From Mobula hypostoma (taxonomy: Eukaryota): a DNA stretch of 64,000 nucleotides. The notes under the pieces were generated by a model, which did not search any database, was not told the origin of the DNA, and saw only the letters and a program-made list of their open reading frames with translations. The stretch lies in NCBI RefSeq assembly GCF_963921235.1, contig NC_086109.1:12214001-12278000 (forward strand), written 5' to 3'. Of this stretch, positions 61,958 through 64,000 are shown in pieces. The position numbers were made by a program, and so were the translations under genes. Positions within the stretch are counted from its first letter, which is position 1, and every line of letters begins with the position of its first letter.

Positions 61958-62175
61958 TTATTCACTTTTTCCCTGGTATGTAGTATCTCTCATTGTCATT
62001 CTTCCACACTGCTCATTTTGCCCATTTGTATTTACTAACGATGTGCATTGGTGACCCCACATGAAGCACAAATACTTTGTGTGTGAACGGTACACTGGTG
62101 CATAGTGACAGTTGATTGTGACTGCTCTTCCCACAAATCCTCTTACTTTATCTTCTGCCTGTAAAGCACATAAAA
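61958..62175 (-). pseudogene. Gene R V2 exon, truncated with premature stop (…QCGRMTMRDTTYQGKSE*)
   Basis: Near-identical to 17108-17283. It extends a little further into the V fold, then stops; no F-strand Cys; KYWC is KYLC. Confidence 0.82.
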
Positions 62176-63389
62176 CTGAGGGAAATGGACAGGTGAAATC
62201 AAATTTACACAAGTAGATTCAAGATGCTATGTTGTTTAATGTCATTTCCTGTACAAACGTGTAAAGAAGAATGAAATTTTTGTTACTCTGGTCCCTTGCA
62301 GCACAAAAATAAACACGAAAGATAAGGAACACAAAAATAATAAAAAGGACATTTTATTTAAATATGTCGCTGTGTTCTATGGAATCTGCCAGACTGTCAA
62401 ATGGTGTAATTGAATTCCACATTGACTGAGAAGACAACAGAATTGTCCCTCATCACTTGCTCCCAGCTCTTCAGAAGTAATGATTTTTATTTGATTGGAG
62501 TCATCATTGTCACTGCCCACTAATGTCCCAGTGTGATTCCACAATTCTGAGTCAATAGATTACTGATCCAGTCCCATTCCAGGCAGGTGAGCATAAGATC
62601 AGTGGTGGGTAAATTACAGGCGGTGATTATATAGGACAGGATCTACTTGAATTTGCAAAGGCACGATCTGATTTTGGATAGTTAACATAATTTTGTGCAT
62701 GGGAAATCATTGAAAAAAATATAATTGAGAATTTTGAAGCAATGATCAAAGGGTCTGATGAGGACAGGGCAATAGAGTTTAGCACAGCCTTTGACAAGGT
62801 CTTGCATAGTAGACTGATCTATAATGTGGGATTACATGGTAAACGACTGTAGCTGGATGGATACTGAATAGGCTTAGTGGAAGGAGTCAGATTGTGGTAA
62901 TGGGGTGTTGGTTTTATGACAACATCAAACTTTATCACCAGTGAGAGTACCATCAGGATCAGTGTTGTTATCCGTTAACCACTGTTATTTGTCATCAATA
63001 ATAATAATTTGTAATGATAATGTAGGTGACACCATTGGTTGTTGATGACACTGCAATGTGATGGACAGTGGAAAGTGTTGTCCAAGTCTACAACGAGATC
63101 TGGAAAACAAACCAGTGTTCAGCCCCATTTCTCTCTGCCAGCACGATTCCCCCACCTGAGCCCAACTCGTCTGCCTGTATTTGACCCGCCTCCCTCTCTT
63201 CTCAGTACTACCATCGAGAGGGAGGAGCAGGATCCGGGGTCCTATGCCAGGACCAGTGTCACTCTCCTCTGCACTGAACTGACACCGCAGCTGTGGACTC
63301 ACTTTCGCGGACTCTGCGTCTCATGTTCCATGTATTGTTTGTTTATATATTTTTATTACTTGAATGATTCATCCTCCTTTGCACATTAA

Positions 63390-64000
63390 ATGTTTGTCAG
63401 ATTGGAGGACGGTGTGTAGCGGTGTGCCTCAGGGATCTGTACTGGGTCCAATGTTGTTTGTCATATATATTAATGATCTGGATGATGGGGTGGTAAATTG
63501 GATTAGTAAGTATACAGATGTTACTAAGATAGGTGGAGTTGTGGATAATGAAGTAGGTTTTCAATGCTTGCAGAGAGATTTAGGCCAGTTAGAAGAGTGG
63601 GCTGAAAGATGGCAGATGGAGTTTAATGCTGATAAATGTGATGTGCTATATTTTGGTACAACTTATCAAAATAGGACGTACATGGTAAATGGTAGGGCAT
63701 TGAAGAATGCAGTAGAACAGAGGGAGCTAGGATTAATAGTGCATAGTTCCCTGAAGGTGGAATCTCACGTAGATAGGGTGGTGAAGAAAGCTTTTGGTAT
63801 GCTGGCCTTTATAAATCAGAGCATTGAGTATAGGAGTTGGGATGTAATGTTGAAATTGTATAAGGCATTAGTAAGGCCAAATTTGGAGTATTGTGCACAG
63901 TTCTGGTCACCGAATTATAGGAAAGATGTCAATAAAATTGAGAGAGTACAGAGAAGATTTACTAGAATGTTACCTGGATTTCATCTCCTAAGTTACAGAG
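63390..64000 (+). mobile_element. CR1 3' fragment, paralogue of 18505-19545, cut by the window edge
   Basis: Near-identical nucleotide sequence to the 18.5-19.1 kb region. Confidence 0.88.

Noticed and set aside
1-64000. Prokaryotic systems (CRISPR arrays, operons, defence loci)
   Set aside because: Spliced exon structure and vertebrate LINE/SINE content; no repeat-spacer array seen.

Overview
Eukaryotic (vertebrate) genomic DNA, most likely from a cartilaginous fish; this is inferred from the repeat content and gene family and is not verified. The window is dominated by transposable elements: CR1, Rex1/Babar and Tx1 LINEs, tRNA-derived SINEs, Tc1-like elements, a solo LTR and Penelope-type hammerhead relics. 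The host genes are two related minus-strand Ig-superfamily receptors of the CD300/pIgR/MDIR type, rebuilt by hand from splice sites and phases. Gene L (25200->1690) runs signal peptide, V, C2, dead V, C2 split by a young CR1, Cys stalk, neutral TM, ITIM/ITSM tail, so it is inhibitory type. Gene R starts beyond the right edge and runs dead V (62175), intact C2, paralogous stalk, a TM carrying Lys/Arg, and a short tail (51430), so it is activating type. Their ectodomain regions are duplicated with stepwise divergence, while the TM and tail exons are unrelated in sequence. This is a paired-receptor layout. Between the two genes lie three tandem units, each with a 60/61-nt exon plus a terminal exon and AATAAA homologous to gene R's last exon, but with no Ig or TM exon I could find. 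They are either a cassette of alternative tails or relics of deleted paralogues. All exon models are sequence-only predictions without transcript evidence.
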